Part shown: positions 26,701 to 35,608 of the stretch, piece after piece
How the letters are laid out: each line of letters starts with the position of its first letter
Numbering within the stretch: position 1 is the stretch's first letter
Assembly: GCA_038249465.1 (NCBI GenBank)
Contig: JBBRWD010000020.1
Location: 10,191 to 74,190, forward strand
Reading direction: 5' to 3'
Length of the DNA: 64,000 nucleotides
Source of the DNA: Limisphaerales bacterium
Lineage (GTDB): Bacteria > Verrucomicrobiota > Verrucomicrobiia > Limisphaerales > JBBRWD01
Program-made: the position numbers and the translations under genes
The notes under the pieces: model-generated
Seen by the model: the letters and a program-made list of their open reading frames with translations, nothing else
What the model was told of the DNA's origin: nothing
Databases searched by the model: none

Positions 26701-27467
26701 GTCTGGCTACGATTGAATGCCACCGCCTCCGCGTAGCGCACCCCTTTGCCGCCGAAGATGTCGAGCGCTGAGCCGATGGTCAGGTCAATGCGGCCGCCAC
26801 CAACGCGCGTGACCGTTTCCAAGTCCGCGAGCGATCTGGCCCCGCCCGCGTAGGTCGTGGGTCGCGGCGTCCAGACGGCGAGTCGTTCGACGAGATCGAG
26901 ATCGATGCCGCGGCACAAACCTTCGACATCCGCCGCGTGAATCAGAAACTCCGCGCACGAGGCGGACAGTTTCTCCAACAGCTCGGGAGAGATCTTTTCC
27001 TCGGTGAATTTCTGCCAGCGATCCGTCACCACGAAATAGTCGTCTCCCCGCCGCCGGCAACTCAGGTCGAGCACGAGGCGCTCCCGCCCGATCGTCGCTA
27101 CGAGCGCCGCAAGCCGGTCGTAGTCCACCCGGCCTTCGCGGAAAACCCACGAGGTGACGATGACATGCGAGGCGCCCGCGTCGAGCCAGGCACCGGCGTT
27201 ATCGAGATGGACGCCGCCGCCGACGTGCAATCCGGAGGGAAACGCCCCGAGCGCCTTGAGCGCGGCCGCGCGAGTCGCGTCATTCGTTGGATCAAGGAGG
27301 ATGACGTGTCCGCCGCGCAAATCGTCCTGGCGGTAAAGATTCGCGAACCACGCTGCCGGGCGTTCCGACTCGAAATTCACGCGCACCTCATTGCCACGGT
27401 CGCTGAGCGTGCCGCCGACGATTTGCGTGACGCGCCCGCCGCGAAGATCGATGCAGGGACGGAACAT
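26697..27467 (-). CDS. hisA: ProFAR isomerase, eukaryote-type (His6-like) HisA
   Basis: MFRPCIDLRGGRVTQIVGGTL, LIHAADVEGLCRGID and DLTIGSALDIFGG align closely with my memory of yeast His6 (CIDLHNGEVKQIVGGTL, LIHAADVEGLCGGID, DLTFGSSLDIFGG). Confidence 0.9.
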   Translation of the reverse strand: MFRPCIDLRGGRVTQIVGGTLSDRGNEVRVNFESERPAAWFANLYRQDDLRGGHVILLDPTNDATRAAALKALGAFPSGLHVGGGVHLDNAGAWLDAGASHVIVTSWVFREGRVDYDRLAALVATIGRERLVLDLSCRRRGDDYFVVTDRWQKFTEEKISPELLEKLSASCAEFLIHAADVEGLCRGIDLDLVERLAVWTPRPTTYAGGARSLADLETVTRVGGGRIDLTIGSALDIFGGKGVRYAEAVAFNRSQT

Positions 27468-27469
27468 GT

Positions 27470-29677
27470 TCAGGGCTTGGCCGCTGCTGGGACGGCGCGG
27501 GTGGAGACAGGCTTCGTTTCGATGCCCACCGATTTGAGGAAGGGTTCGATGGACTGCGGCCGGCCGAGAAACATTTTGATCGACTCGTTCACGTCGCGAG
27601 AATTGCCCGGCTCGTAGATTTCCTTGCGCAATTGCTGGCCGACTTCGGTGTCAAAGTAGCCATCGCGCGACAACTCGAATTTTGTCGCCAAGTCGGCGGC
27701 GATCGCATCGGCCCAGCCGTAGCCGTAGTAGGCTGCATCGTACCCCATCAGATGGCCGAAGTAGGTCGCGAAGGTGGTGTCGTTGGGCATCGGGACAAAC
27801 ACCTCCCCAAGCTTCTGGTTGGAGAGGCTGATCGCGTCCACGCCAGGCTTCACCTGCGTGTGCAGCGCGAGGTCGGCCAGCGCGAAGCTCATCTGGCGCC
27901 GGTAGAAGGCGCCGACCGTGGCCAGCTTGGCGGCCTTAAGCTGGTTGAGCACACTCTCGGGAATCTTCTTCGACGGATCGCGGTAGTCCGCCGCGAAACT
28001 GTCCAGCACCTTCTTGTCCCAGATCCAATTCTCCAGCATCTGCGAAGGAGCCTCGACGAAATCACGCGGCACGCTCGTGCCGGCAAAACGCCCGTAGCTG
28101 GCGCGGGTCAGAATCGAATGTATTGCGTGACCGAACTCGTGAAAGAGCGTCTCGACGTCGCTGTGCGTCAGCAGCGAAGGCTTGCCGGGCGCGGGCGTGG
28201 GGAAGTTGCAGACCAGAGCGACCGTGGGACGCTGATACTGTCCGCTGGCGAGGCGTTTGCCCTCGATGATGCCAAATTGCGCGAAGTGATTGAACTTCCC
28301 GTCGCGTGGAAACATGTCGAGATAGAAGAGCCCGAGCGGCTCGCCGGTGGTGGCATCCGTCACGGCAAACATCTGCAGGTCGTCAGACCATTTGTAGCCC
28401 GGATCCACCGAGGTAATGACGATGCCAAAAATGCGCTCGAAGGTGCGGAACATCCCGGCCAGCGCCTTGTCGTAGGGGAAGAACACGCGCAACTGCTCGG
28501 CATCCACATTGTATTTCTCCTTCTTCAACTGATTCCCGTAATAGGCCATGTCCCAGATCTGAATCCTGGCCGTGGCATCGCCCGCATCGCGCGCCTTCAT
28601 CTTGGTGAACTCGCGCAGTTCGGCGTCGAACTTGGGCTGCAATCCGGCACGCAGGTTTTCGCAGAACGCGATGGCGTTGGTCGCCGTCCCGGCCATCTTC
28701 GGCTCGATGACGTAATCTGCCCAGGTGGCGTAGCCGAGCTGTGCGGCGATGCGCTGGCGCAGTTCGAGAATCTGCTGAAGCAGCGCGGCGTTCTCCTTGC
28801 GTGCGAGGTTGAAGCGGGCGACCGCCATCCTCTTGCGCGTGGCCTCGCTTTTCGCGTTCTCCATCACCGTCAGATATTGGAAGGTGATGTTTGGGCTGAG
28901 CGTGTAGGCGTCGGAACCGGTCTTGAGCCCGGGCTGGCTGAGGAAATCCTCGGGCACGCCCTCGAGTTCGGCCTTGGTGAAGATCACCGGCGAGCGCGCC
29001 TTGTTGATGTGGCTCGAGAAATCGGTGGTCAGGCCGGCCAGTTCCTTGCGCAGACGTTCCACCTCGTCGCGTTGCGCCTTGGGCAGGGCCAGGCCCGCGC
29101 GCCGGTAATCACGCAGCGTCTCGGCAAGGAACTTCTCATCTTCGCCAGTCAAGGCGGGCTTGCCATCGGCGATTGTCTTCACGGCGCGATAGACATCCTC
29201 GCGATAATCCAGCCCGACGCTCCATTCCTCGAGTTGCTTGATGGCGTCGGTGGCGGCTTCGCGCAGCGCGGCGTTGGTGCTGGTTTCCTTGATCAACGCG
29301 AGACGGTTCGCCGTGAGTCCCGCCCCGTAGCCGATGTCATCGAGGGCCTGCACCGTGTTGGAAAAAGTCATCTGGTCCGGCGCGCGGAGGCCGATGGCAT
29401 CGAGAGAGGCGTTGGCGTGCCGGATGGTGTTGGTCACCGAGTCGAAGACCGCCGCTGGCGTCGTCTCGAACGTGGGCAGACTGATGATCGACTTGAAGTC
29501 CTTCGCCCACTCTTGCAGCAGGTTTATTGTCAAATGCGCGGGCATGACCGGTGCCGGTTTTGCATTCGATGGGTTCACCGCGGTCGGCGCATCGAACATG
29601 GTCGTGCGGGGCAGCGACTCAGGTGAATGGCAGGCGGCTAAAAAACAAACTAGTGTCATGGCAAAAAGCAGTCGCAT
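27470..29677 (-). CDS. M3 family metallopeptidase (oligopeptidase/dipeptidyl carboxypeptidase type), lipoprotein signal
   Basis: ORF trimmed to MRLLFAMTLVCFLAACHSP (lipobox LAAC). Zinc motif HEFGHAIH. About 735 aa. Confidence 0.9.
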   Translation of the reverse strand: MRLLFAMTLVCFLAACHSPESLPRTTMFDAPTAVNPSNAKPAPVMPAHLTINLLQEWAKDFKSIISLPTFETTPAAVFDSVTNTIRHANASLDAIGLRAPDQMTFSNTVQALDDIGYGAGLTANRLALIKETSTNAALREAATDAIKQLEEWSVGLDYREDVYRAVKTIADGKPALTGEDEKFLAETLRDYRRAGLALPKAQRDEVERLRKELAGLTTDFSSHINKARSPVIFTKAELEGVPEDFLSQPGLKTGSDAYTLSPNITFQYLTVMENAKSEATRKRMAVARFNLARKENAALLQQILELRQRIAAQLGYATWADYVIEPKMAGTATNAIAFCENLRAGLQPKFDAELREFTKMKARDAGDATARIQIWDMAYYGNQLKKEKYNVDAEQLRVFFPYDKALAGMFRTFERIFGIVITSVDPGYKWSDDLQMFAVTDATTGEPLGLFYLDMFPRDGKFNHFAQFGIIEGKRLASGQYQRPTVALVCNFPTPAPGKPSLLTHSDVETLFHEFGHAIHSILTRASYGRFAGTSVPRDFVEAPSQMLENWIWDKKVLDSFAADYRDPSKKIPESVLNQLKAAKLATVGAFYRRQMSFALADLALHTQVKPGVDAISLSNQKLGEVFVPMPNDTTFATYFGHLMGYDAAYYGYGWADAIAADLATKFELSRDGYFDTEVGQQLRKEIYEPGNSRDVNESIKMFLGRPQSIEPFLKSVGIETKPVSTRAVPAAAKP

Positions 29678-29745
29678 AATCGTGGCGCAACGTACCGGCG
29701 GCGCATCGGTCCAGCAAGCGCATTTGCCGCCGCCCGATTGCGCCG

Positions 29746-30723
29746 ATGCCACTGCTCGAAATCCGCCAGCTCGCCATCGAGTTTCGCGACGGCGACCGCG
29801 TCCTGCGCGCGGTGGATGGCGTTTCGCTCGCGCTCGATGCCGGCAAAACCCTGTGCCTGGTGGGCGAAAGCGGCTGCGGCAAAAGCCTCACGGCGCTCTC
29901 GATTGCCCGGCTGGTCCCGACGCCACCCGCGCGCTACGCGGGCGGTGAAATCCTGCTGGAGGGACGCGATGTGTTGCGCCTGAACGCGCGCGAGTTGCAG
30001 CAGATTCGCGGCGGCGTGGTCAGCTACGTCTTCCAGGAACCGGGCGCGTCGCTGAATCCCGTCTTCCGCGTCGGCGCGCAGATCAAGGAGATGCTCCAGT
30101 TGCATCGCCCGAACGCAGCCACCGATGCCGAGGTCGTCCGGCTGCTGAAGCTCGTCGGCATTCCCGCGCCAGAATCACGCGCCCGCGATTATCCGCACCA
30201 ACTCTCTGGCGGCATGCAGCAGCGGGTGATGATCGCGATGGCTCTGGCCAGCGAACCGAAGCTGCTCGCCGCCGACGAGCCGACGACCGCGCTCGATGTG
30301 ACCATCCAGGCGCAGATTCTCGAATTGCTGCGCGACCTCCAGCAGCGCCTCGGCATGGCGATCCTGCTCATCACGCACAACCTCGGCATCGTCGGCGACA
30401 TGGCCGACCACGTGGCGGTGATGTATGCCGGGCAGATTGTGGAGGAGGCGCCCGCGGCGGATTTGCTGCGCCGCCCGTTGCATCCCTACACGAAAGCACT
30501 CATCAACTCGGTGCCGAAACTCAGCGGCGGCGCGCAACGATTGGTCACAATCCCGGGCAGCGTGCCGCGCCTCGGCGAAATTCCGCCGGGCTGCCGGTTT
30601 GCGCCGCGGTGTCCGATGGCGAAGGCGGATTGCGGGAAGGCGTCGCCGGAGTTGGTTGAGGTGGAGACGGCGCGACGCGTAAGATGCCCTTACTGGAATC
30701 AGCCCGGCTCCGTGACCGATTGA
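29746..30723 (+). CDS. oligopeptide/dipeptide-type ABC transporter ATP-binding protein (OppD/DppD-like)
   Basis: Walker A GESGCGKS, signature LSGGMQQR, Walker [13 protein letters not shown], and the C-terminal Opp-type extension [14 protein letters not shown]...CRFAPRCP. Confidence 0.9.
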   Translation: MPLLEIRQLAIEFRDGDRVLRAVDGVSLALDAGKTLCLVGESGCGKSLTALSIARLVPTPPARYAGGEILLEGRDVLRLNARELQQIRGGVVSYVFQEPGASLNPVFRVGAQIKEMLQLHRPNAATDAEVVRLLKLVGIPAPESRARDYPHQLSGGMQQRVMIAMALASEPKLLAADEPTTALDVTIQAQILELLRDLQQRLGMAILLITHNLGIVGDMADHVAVMYAGQIVEEAPAADLLRRPLHPYTKALINSVPKLSGGAQRLVTIPGSVPRLGEIPPGCRFAPRCPMAKADCGKASPELVEVETARRVRCPYWNQPGSVTD

Positions 30724-30755
30724 CGCTCGCCCCCGGCTGCGTTTACGTTTGCGCC

Positions 30756-30971
30756 ATGAGCACGGTTGTCGAAATCAAATCCGCCATCGACCAACTTTCG
30801 CCGCAAGAGCGCGCCGAGTTGGAATCTTTGGTGTGGCCGGACTGGGATCGTCCGCATCCGGCGGAGATCAATCCGCCGGGACTTGAGGAGAAGCTGGCCG
30901 AGGCTGCCGCGGGACGTTTTCAGCCGGGCAACCGCACGAACATCGAGAAGATCCTAGCCAGCCTCGAATGA
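30756..30971 (+). CDS. putative antitoxin (addiction-module component type)
   Basis: ORF 30684..30971 trimmed to MSTVVEIKSAIDQLSPQERAELESLVW, which resembles addiction-module antitoxins. It overlaps the toxin start by 4 nt (ATGA). Confidence 0.65.
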   Translation: MSTVVEIKSAIDQLSPQERAELESLVWPDWDRPHPAEINPPGLEEKLAEAAAGRFQPGNRTNIEKILASLE

Positions 30972-31276
30972 AATCGCACTGGGAGGAAAGCGAGTTTCTC
31001 TTCTGCGATCTCCAGACGGCGGCCCGCTTCATTCATCGGCGAAATCCTTCGGCTGCGCGCGCCTTCCTCGTCGCGGCCTACGCAACTTTCGAGTATCTCG
31101 CAGCAAATCCGGGGTTGGGCAGACAGCGAGCCGACCTGGGCTTTCCTGAGATTCGATCCTGGCGGGTCCACGGTTTCCGCAGCTTCTTGATATTCTATCG
31201 CGAAGTGCCGGATCGAATTCAAATCTGGCGTGTGCTCCACGGCGCGCGCGACCTGCATCGTGGCTTGTTCGAGTAA
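30968..31276 (+). CDS. type II toxin, RelE/ParE family
   Basis: 102 aa. FLIFYREVPDRIQIWRVLHGARDL is the characteristic ParE/RelE C-terminal core. The 4-nt overlap with the upstream small ORF is typical TA architecture. Confidence 0.75.
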   Translation: MKSHWEESEFLFCDLQTAARFIHRRNPSAARAFLVAAYATFEYLAANPGLGRQRADLGFPEIRSWRVHGFRSFLIFYREVPDRIQIWRVLHGARDLHRGLFE

Positions 31277-31288
31277 CGGCCCGGACGT

Positions 31289-32251
31289 ATGAGCCTCCTC
31301 GAAGTCCGCCATCTGAAAGTTCATTTCCCCGTCCGGCACGGCGTGTTCAGCCGCGCCAGTGCCTGGGTCAAGGCGGTCGATGACGTCAGTTGCGACATCG
31401 CGCCCGGTGAGACGCTCGGATTGGTGGGGGAAAGCGGCTGCGGCAAGACGACCCTGGGGCGCGCCATCGTCCGGCTCAATCAACCGACGTCAGGCCGAGT
31501 CCTGTTCGAGGGAGAGGACATCGCGCGATTGAATGGCGCCGAGTTGCGGGCGCGGCGACGGCGGCTCCAAATCATTTTCCAGGATCCCTACGGCTCGCTA
31601 AATCCGCGCCTGACCCTCGAAGATTCCATCGGCGAAGCGCTGGATATTCACCGACTGGCCGCCGACCCACCAGCGCGCCGGGAACGCGTGGCAGAATTGC
31701 TACGCTCGGTGGGATTGGACCCAATGTTTGCGCAGCGCTATCCGCACGAGTTCAGTGGAGGGCAGCGTCAGCGCATCGGCATCGCCCGCGCGCTCGCCGT
31801 GGAACCGCGGCTCATCGTCTGTGATGAACCGGTCAGCGCGCTCGATGTCTCGGTGCAGGCGCAAATCATCAACCTGTTGCAGGATTTGCAGGAGCAACGC
31901 GGCGTCGCCTATCTCTTCATCGCGCACGATCTGGCGGTGGTGGAGCACATCAGCCGACGGGTGATGGTGATGTATCTCGGCCGGGTGATGGAACTGGCTG
32001 ACGCGAAGTCGCTCATCCGCGCGCCCCGACACCCTTACACGAGGGCGCTGATTTCGGCGGTGCCCGTCGTTGATCCAACCTCGAAGCGCCAGCGGATTCT
32101 CCTGTCCGGCGACGTGCCTTCGCCCATTCATCCGCCGTCAGGTTGCCCTTTCCATCCGCGCTGTCCCGTCGCCGAAGAGCGATGCCGTCGAGAGGTTCCC
32201 GCGCTGCGTGAGGTTTCGATTGACCATTTCGCCGCCTGCCATCTGGCGTGA
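31289..32251 (+). CDS. oligopeptide/dipeptide-type ABC transporter ATP-binding protein (OppF/DppF-like)
   Basis: Walker A GESGCGKT, signature FSGGQRQR, Walker [13 protein letters not shown], and the tail [12 protein letters not shown]...CPFHPRCP. Confidence 0.9.
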   Translation: MSLLEVRHLKVHFPVRHGVFSRASAWVKAVDDVSCDIAPGETLGLVGESGCGKTTLGRAIVRLNQPTSGRVLFEGEDIARLNGAELRARRRRLQIIFQDPYGSLNPRLTLEDSIGEALDIHRLAADPPARRERVAELLRSVGLDPMFAQRYPHEFSGGQRQRIGIARALAVEPRLIVCDEPVSALDVSVQAQIINLLQDLQEQRGVAYLFIAHDLAVVEHISRRVMVMYLGRVMELADAKSLIRAPRHPYTRALISAVPVVDPTSKRQRILLSGDVPSPIHPPSGCPFHPRCPVAEERCRREVPALREVSIDHFAACHLA

Positions 32252-32260
32252 TCTAATCTC

Positions 32261-32332
32261 GTAGCGGCGTCTCGGCAGAGCGCCGCATTCTCGGGATATA
32301 AAGATGGCGGCGGTCTCCCGACGCGCCGCTAC
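32261..32332. repeat. REPIN-like inverted REP doublet, family R1
   Basis: Arms gtagcggcgtctcggcagagcgccgc (32261..32286) and gcggcggtctcccgacgcgccgctac (32307..32332) are 22/26 complementary by hand, with a 20-nt spacer. Copies at 37051..37123 and 57940..58014. Confidence 0.8.
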
Positions 32333-32402
32333 GCTGTCGGAATGGATTGAACGCTCCAGCTTTGGCTTGCGAGCGAGTGGAGACGCTCCCTATCCTGCCG
32401 CC

Positions 32403-33491
32403 ATGCGTGTGGTCAAAGTGCCGTTGGGCCAGCGGACCTATTCCATCTTCATCGCGTCCGGACTCCTGCCGCGTCTGGGCGCGGAGTGCGCCCGGAACAA
32501 ACTCGGCCGCCGTTGCGCTGTCATCTCCGATCACAACGTCGCGCCGCTTTACGCCGGGGCCGCCCTGGAAAGCCTGCGGCAGGCCGGCTTCGAACCCGTG
32601 CTCCTCACCGTCCCCGCTGGCGAGAAGGCCAAGTCGCTTTCCGTTGTTCAGCGTTGCTATGACGACCTCGCGCGGCATCGTCTCGAGCGCAAATCCTTCC
32701 TCGTCGCACTCGGCGGCGGCGTGGTGGGCGACCTCGCAGGATTCGTGGCGGCGACCTATCTGCGCGGCATTCCGTTCGTGCAGGTTCCAACGACGTTGCT
32801 CGCGCAGGTCGATAGCTCGGTCGGCGGCAAGGTGGGCGTGAACCTTCAGGCGGGCAAAAATCTCGTCGGCGCCTTCAACCAGCCGCGCTTTGTGTTGTGC
32901 GATCTCGATACGCTGCGCACGCTGCCGGCGCGCGAATTCCGCGCCGGCCTCGCCGAGGTGATCAAGTACGGCATCATCCACGATGCGCCGCTCTTCCGCC
33001 GGTTGGAGCGCGGTCTCGATAAACTGATCGCCCAGGAACCCGCCGAACTCGCCGCAGTCGTCGCCCGGTGCTGCACGATCAAAGCCGAGGTCGTGGGCCA
33101 GGACGAAACGGAGAGCGGCCTGCGCGCGATTCTCAATTTCGGCCACACCATCGGCCACGCCATCGAAGCCATCACTCGCTACGGCACCTATCTGCACGGC
33201 GAGGCCATCAGCATCGGCCAGGTGGCGACGGCGCGGCTGTCCGCCCAGTTGCTCGGCCTGCCGGCGCGCGACGTGGAACGCATCCGCGCCCTGTTCGTCC
33301 GTGCCGGACTGCCGGTGAACATTCGCTTGAGTGCGACGCGCCTCGGGCAACTGTTCACCGCCATGCGGCTCGACAAAAAAGTCAGCGGCGGCGAAATCAA
33401 ATTTGTCCTCGCGGAAACAATCGGCCGCGTCCGCTGGGGCCAGCAGGTGCCTGCGGCGATGATTGCGGAAGTTCTCCAGTCTCCACCCTGA
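32403..33491 (+). CDS. aroB: 3-dehydroquinate synthase
   Basis: ORF 32304..33491 trimmed to MRVVKVPLGQRTYSIFI, because the longer form would start inside the R1 repeat. GGGVVGDLAGFVAATYLRGIPFVQVPTTLLAQVDSSVGGK and LNFGHTIGHAIE are AroB hallmarks. Confidence 0.9.
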   Translation: MRVVKVPLGQRTYSIFIASGLLPRLGAECARNKLGRRCAVISDHNVAPLYAGAALESLRQAGFEPVLLTVPAGEKAKSLSVVQRCYDDLARHRLERKSFLVALGGGVVGDLAGFVAATYLRGIPFVQVPTTLLAQVDSSVGGKVGVNLQAGKNLVGAFNQPRFVLCDLDTLRTLPAREFRAGLAEVIKYGIIHDAPLFRRLERGLDKLIAQEPAELAAVVARCCTIKAEVVGQDETESGLRAILNFGHTIGHAIEAITRYGTYLHGEAISIGQVATARLSAQLLGLPARDVERIRALFVRAGLPVNIRLSATRLGQLFTAMRLDKKVSGGEIKFVLAETIGRVRWGQQVPAAMIAEVLQSPP

Positions 33492-33506
33492 ACCCACCGC
33501 CGACCC

Positions 33507-34118
33507 ATGCCTGCCGTCAGCGAAGCCATCGTCCGCGAGTTTTTCGAGCAGCACGGTTTTCTTGTCCGGCAGCAGCGCAAATACATCGCGCGCTCACGCG
33601 ACGACGAGGACGAGGTGGATTTCGTGGTCTGGAATCCCCGTGCCGAAATGCGTCCGGCGATGCCCTTCGTGCTGACGCCCGCCGACCTGCCCGGAGTGGT
33701 GCGCGCCGCCGTCGTGGTCCGGGGTTGGCATACCGAAACCTTCACCACGGGCACCCTGACCAATTCACCTGAGATCTTCCGCTCACTGGAGCCGGCGGTT
33801 TTCCAGCAGATGGAGAAAGCGTTCGGAGGCCAGGGACCGCTGACCAAGATCCTCGTGGTGCCGGCGCTGCCACACGGCGCCGAGGCCCGGCAACAAAGCA
33901 TCGAATTGCTCACCAGCAAGGGCATCGACGCCGTCATCGCCTTTCACACCCTCCTGGCGGACCTGATCGAGCAGGTCGAAGCCAACCGCAACTATGCGAA
34001 GTCCGACCTGCTGCAGGTCATCCGCATTTTGAAGAACTACGATTTTCTCAAGGACCCGCAGATGGAACTGTTCAAGGCGCGCCGGTCAAAGACGACGAAG
34101 CCAAAGCCGAACATCTGA
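33507..34118 (+). CDS. hypothetical protein (no family recognised)
   Basis: 203-aa ORF starting 15 nt after aroB. Normal amino-acid composition, no signal peptide. It has an alternating helix/strand pattern and a Lys-rich tail (RRSKTTKPKPNI). Confidence 0.65.
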   Translation: MPAVSEAIVREFFEQHGFLVRQQRKYIARSRDDEDEVDFVVWNPRAEMRPAMPFVLTPADLPGVVRAAVVVRGWHTETFTTGTLTNSPEIFRSLEPAVFQQMEKAFGGQGPLTKILVVPALPHGAEARQQSIELLTSKGIDAVIAFHTLLADLIEQVEANRNYAKSDLLQVIRILKNYDFLKDPQMELFKARRSKTTKPKPNI

Positions 34119-34350
34119 ACGGCACGATGCCATCGAATGGGGATCGCACGCGGCCCGCGTGCCGGCGACGACTTCGTGGCTCACTCACTCGCGTCACTGA
34201 AAGGTGGCCGAAAAAAATGATCGAACAAAGTGCCCGGCGGGCCGCCGAGCACAGCCGGCCAGCGACCATCGCTCCCCAGCCGAACTGCATCAATGCGGCT
34301 GAGGCGAGCCCGCCCGCCCCGAAGAGGCTGCCCGCTGTGCAGGTCACCGA

Positions 34351-35067
34351 TCACTTCGCGCCGCGAACGAAGAACTCCGTTTTCTTCGCCTCCATCGACG
34401 GCGCCCAGATGCGGATGTTGTCCATCATGCCGGTGTCATCGAACGACCCGAAGCCGATGTAGCCGCTCTTGAAAGTTTTGTCCTCGGCGCGCATGATGGG
34501 CTTGGTCATGTCGTCGAAATACACCAGCGTCGTGCCCTCCGACGGTTTGCGCACGAGACGCATCTTGTGCCAGATGCCCAACCCCCAGTTGGCGCCCCGG
34601 GTCGTTTCCCTGGCGATGTTCTTCCGCGGCGCTCCATTGACGAGGAAGCAATTGTGCGCGTTCGGATCCGCAGCAGTCGCGATGTGGGTGTAGTAGAAAT
34701 TCGTCGGCGTTTGGAAGCCGTAGTAGATGCACATGTCGCGGTGGCCGTATTCACGCCCGGTCTGCATCAAGTCCGCCTCCAGCACGAACTCGCCGAAGAC
34801 CTTGTCGGCGATGAGCGCGATGTTGACCGGCGAGCGGACGACGGGCTGGTACTGGCTCTGCTGGATCAACTCCATACCCGTGGCGCCGTTGGTCGTGGTC
34901 AACTGCCACGCCTTGGGATCCGTGAAGACGAAATCCTTGAACGCATCCGGCGATGCGAAGGTCTGCTCGTATTGCATCGTGTAGTTATCCGGGAGGCCGG
35001 AGGGTTTGTCGGCGGCGAAGGTGGTTGTCGCGACGAAGGCGGTGAGGGGGAGGGTGAGAATTTTCAT
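34351..35067 (-). CDS. secreted concanavalin-A-like/LamG-fold protein (DUF1080-like)
   Basis: Signal peptide MKILTLPLTAFVATTTFA. Beta-rich sequence includes FGEFVLEADL, WHKMRLVRK and GYIGFGSFDDTGMMDNIRIW. The family assignment is tentative. Confidence 0.6.
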   Translation of the reverse strand: MKILTLPLTAFVATTTFAADKPSGLPDNYTMQYEQTFASPDAFKDFVFTDPKAWQLTTTNGATGMELIQQSQYQPVVRSPVNIALIADKVFGEFVLEADLMQTGREYGHRDMCIYYGFQTPTNFYYTHIATAADPNAHNCFLVNGAPRKNIARETTRGANWGLGIWHKMRLVRKPSEGTTLVYFDDMTKPIMRAEDKTFKSGYIGFGSFDDTGMMDNIRIWAPSMEAKKTEFFVRGAK

Positions 35068-35312
35068 GGTAATCGATTGCAGACGTGAAACAGCAATTCT
35101 CTGGACGGATTCACGGCAAAATCATTCAGATTTCAACTGGTCTGCCCAATGCCAAGGTCGCTGGTGCCCGTGAACGACGGCCGCGAATGATGAGGCAAAA
35201 ATATTGGCGCAATAACGGAAATCCTTCCATCGGGTTGGGTCCTTGCTTCAGCCGCTCCCCGGTTGGTTGCTGCTGCTGCTGGGGTTGGTTTTGCTCTGGT
35301 TTCTCCCCGCAG

Positions 35313-35466
35313 GGCGCATCCGCGCACTGCCCCGGGATGCAACCGGTTTGGAGCGCGATGTTGACGTCGCTTCGCCGTGCGCAAGCCCGCCGGGCAATGA
35401 TGGCACCTTGTCCCCCCGCCTATCGAAGCGGCCTGAAGGCCGCGCGCCGGGGGCCGTGCGCGGCAT
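35313..35466. mobile_element. MITE-like element, family M2, copy B (inverted relative to A and C)
   Basis: Ends ggcgcatccgcgcactgccccgg and ccgggggccgtgcgcggcat. Internally it is the reverse complement of copy C (for example gcccccggcgcgcggccttcaggccgcttcgatagg...caaggtgccatcattg). Confidence 0.7.
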
Positions 35467-35608
35467 GTGGTCAGCGCGGATGCACCGCTCCCCGCATGTC
35501 GCAGAATGTTTATCTCGACAGGACGGAGACGAACGCCGCTCCAGAACCTTTTTGCGGCTTTCTCTTTGGCCGGCTTTCGGGTAATCACTCCGCCAGCTTT
35601 CCTTTGCC

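Noticed and set aside
34146-34162. Perfect 8-bp palindrome gcacgcgg-c-ccgcgtgc after the 33507..34118 gene, considered as an intrinsic terminator.
   Set aside because: No T-run follows on either strand. It is kept only as a note and not called as a terminator.
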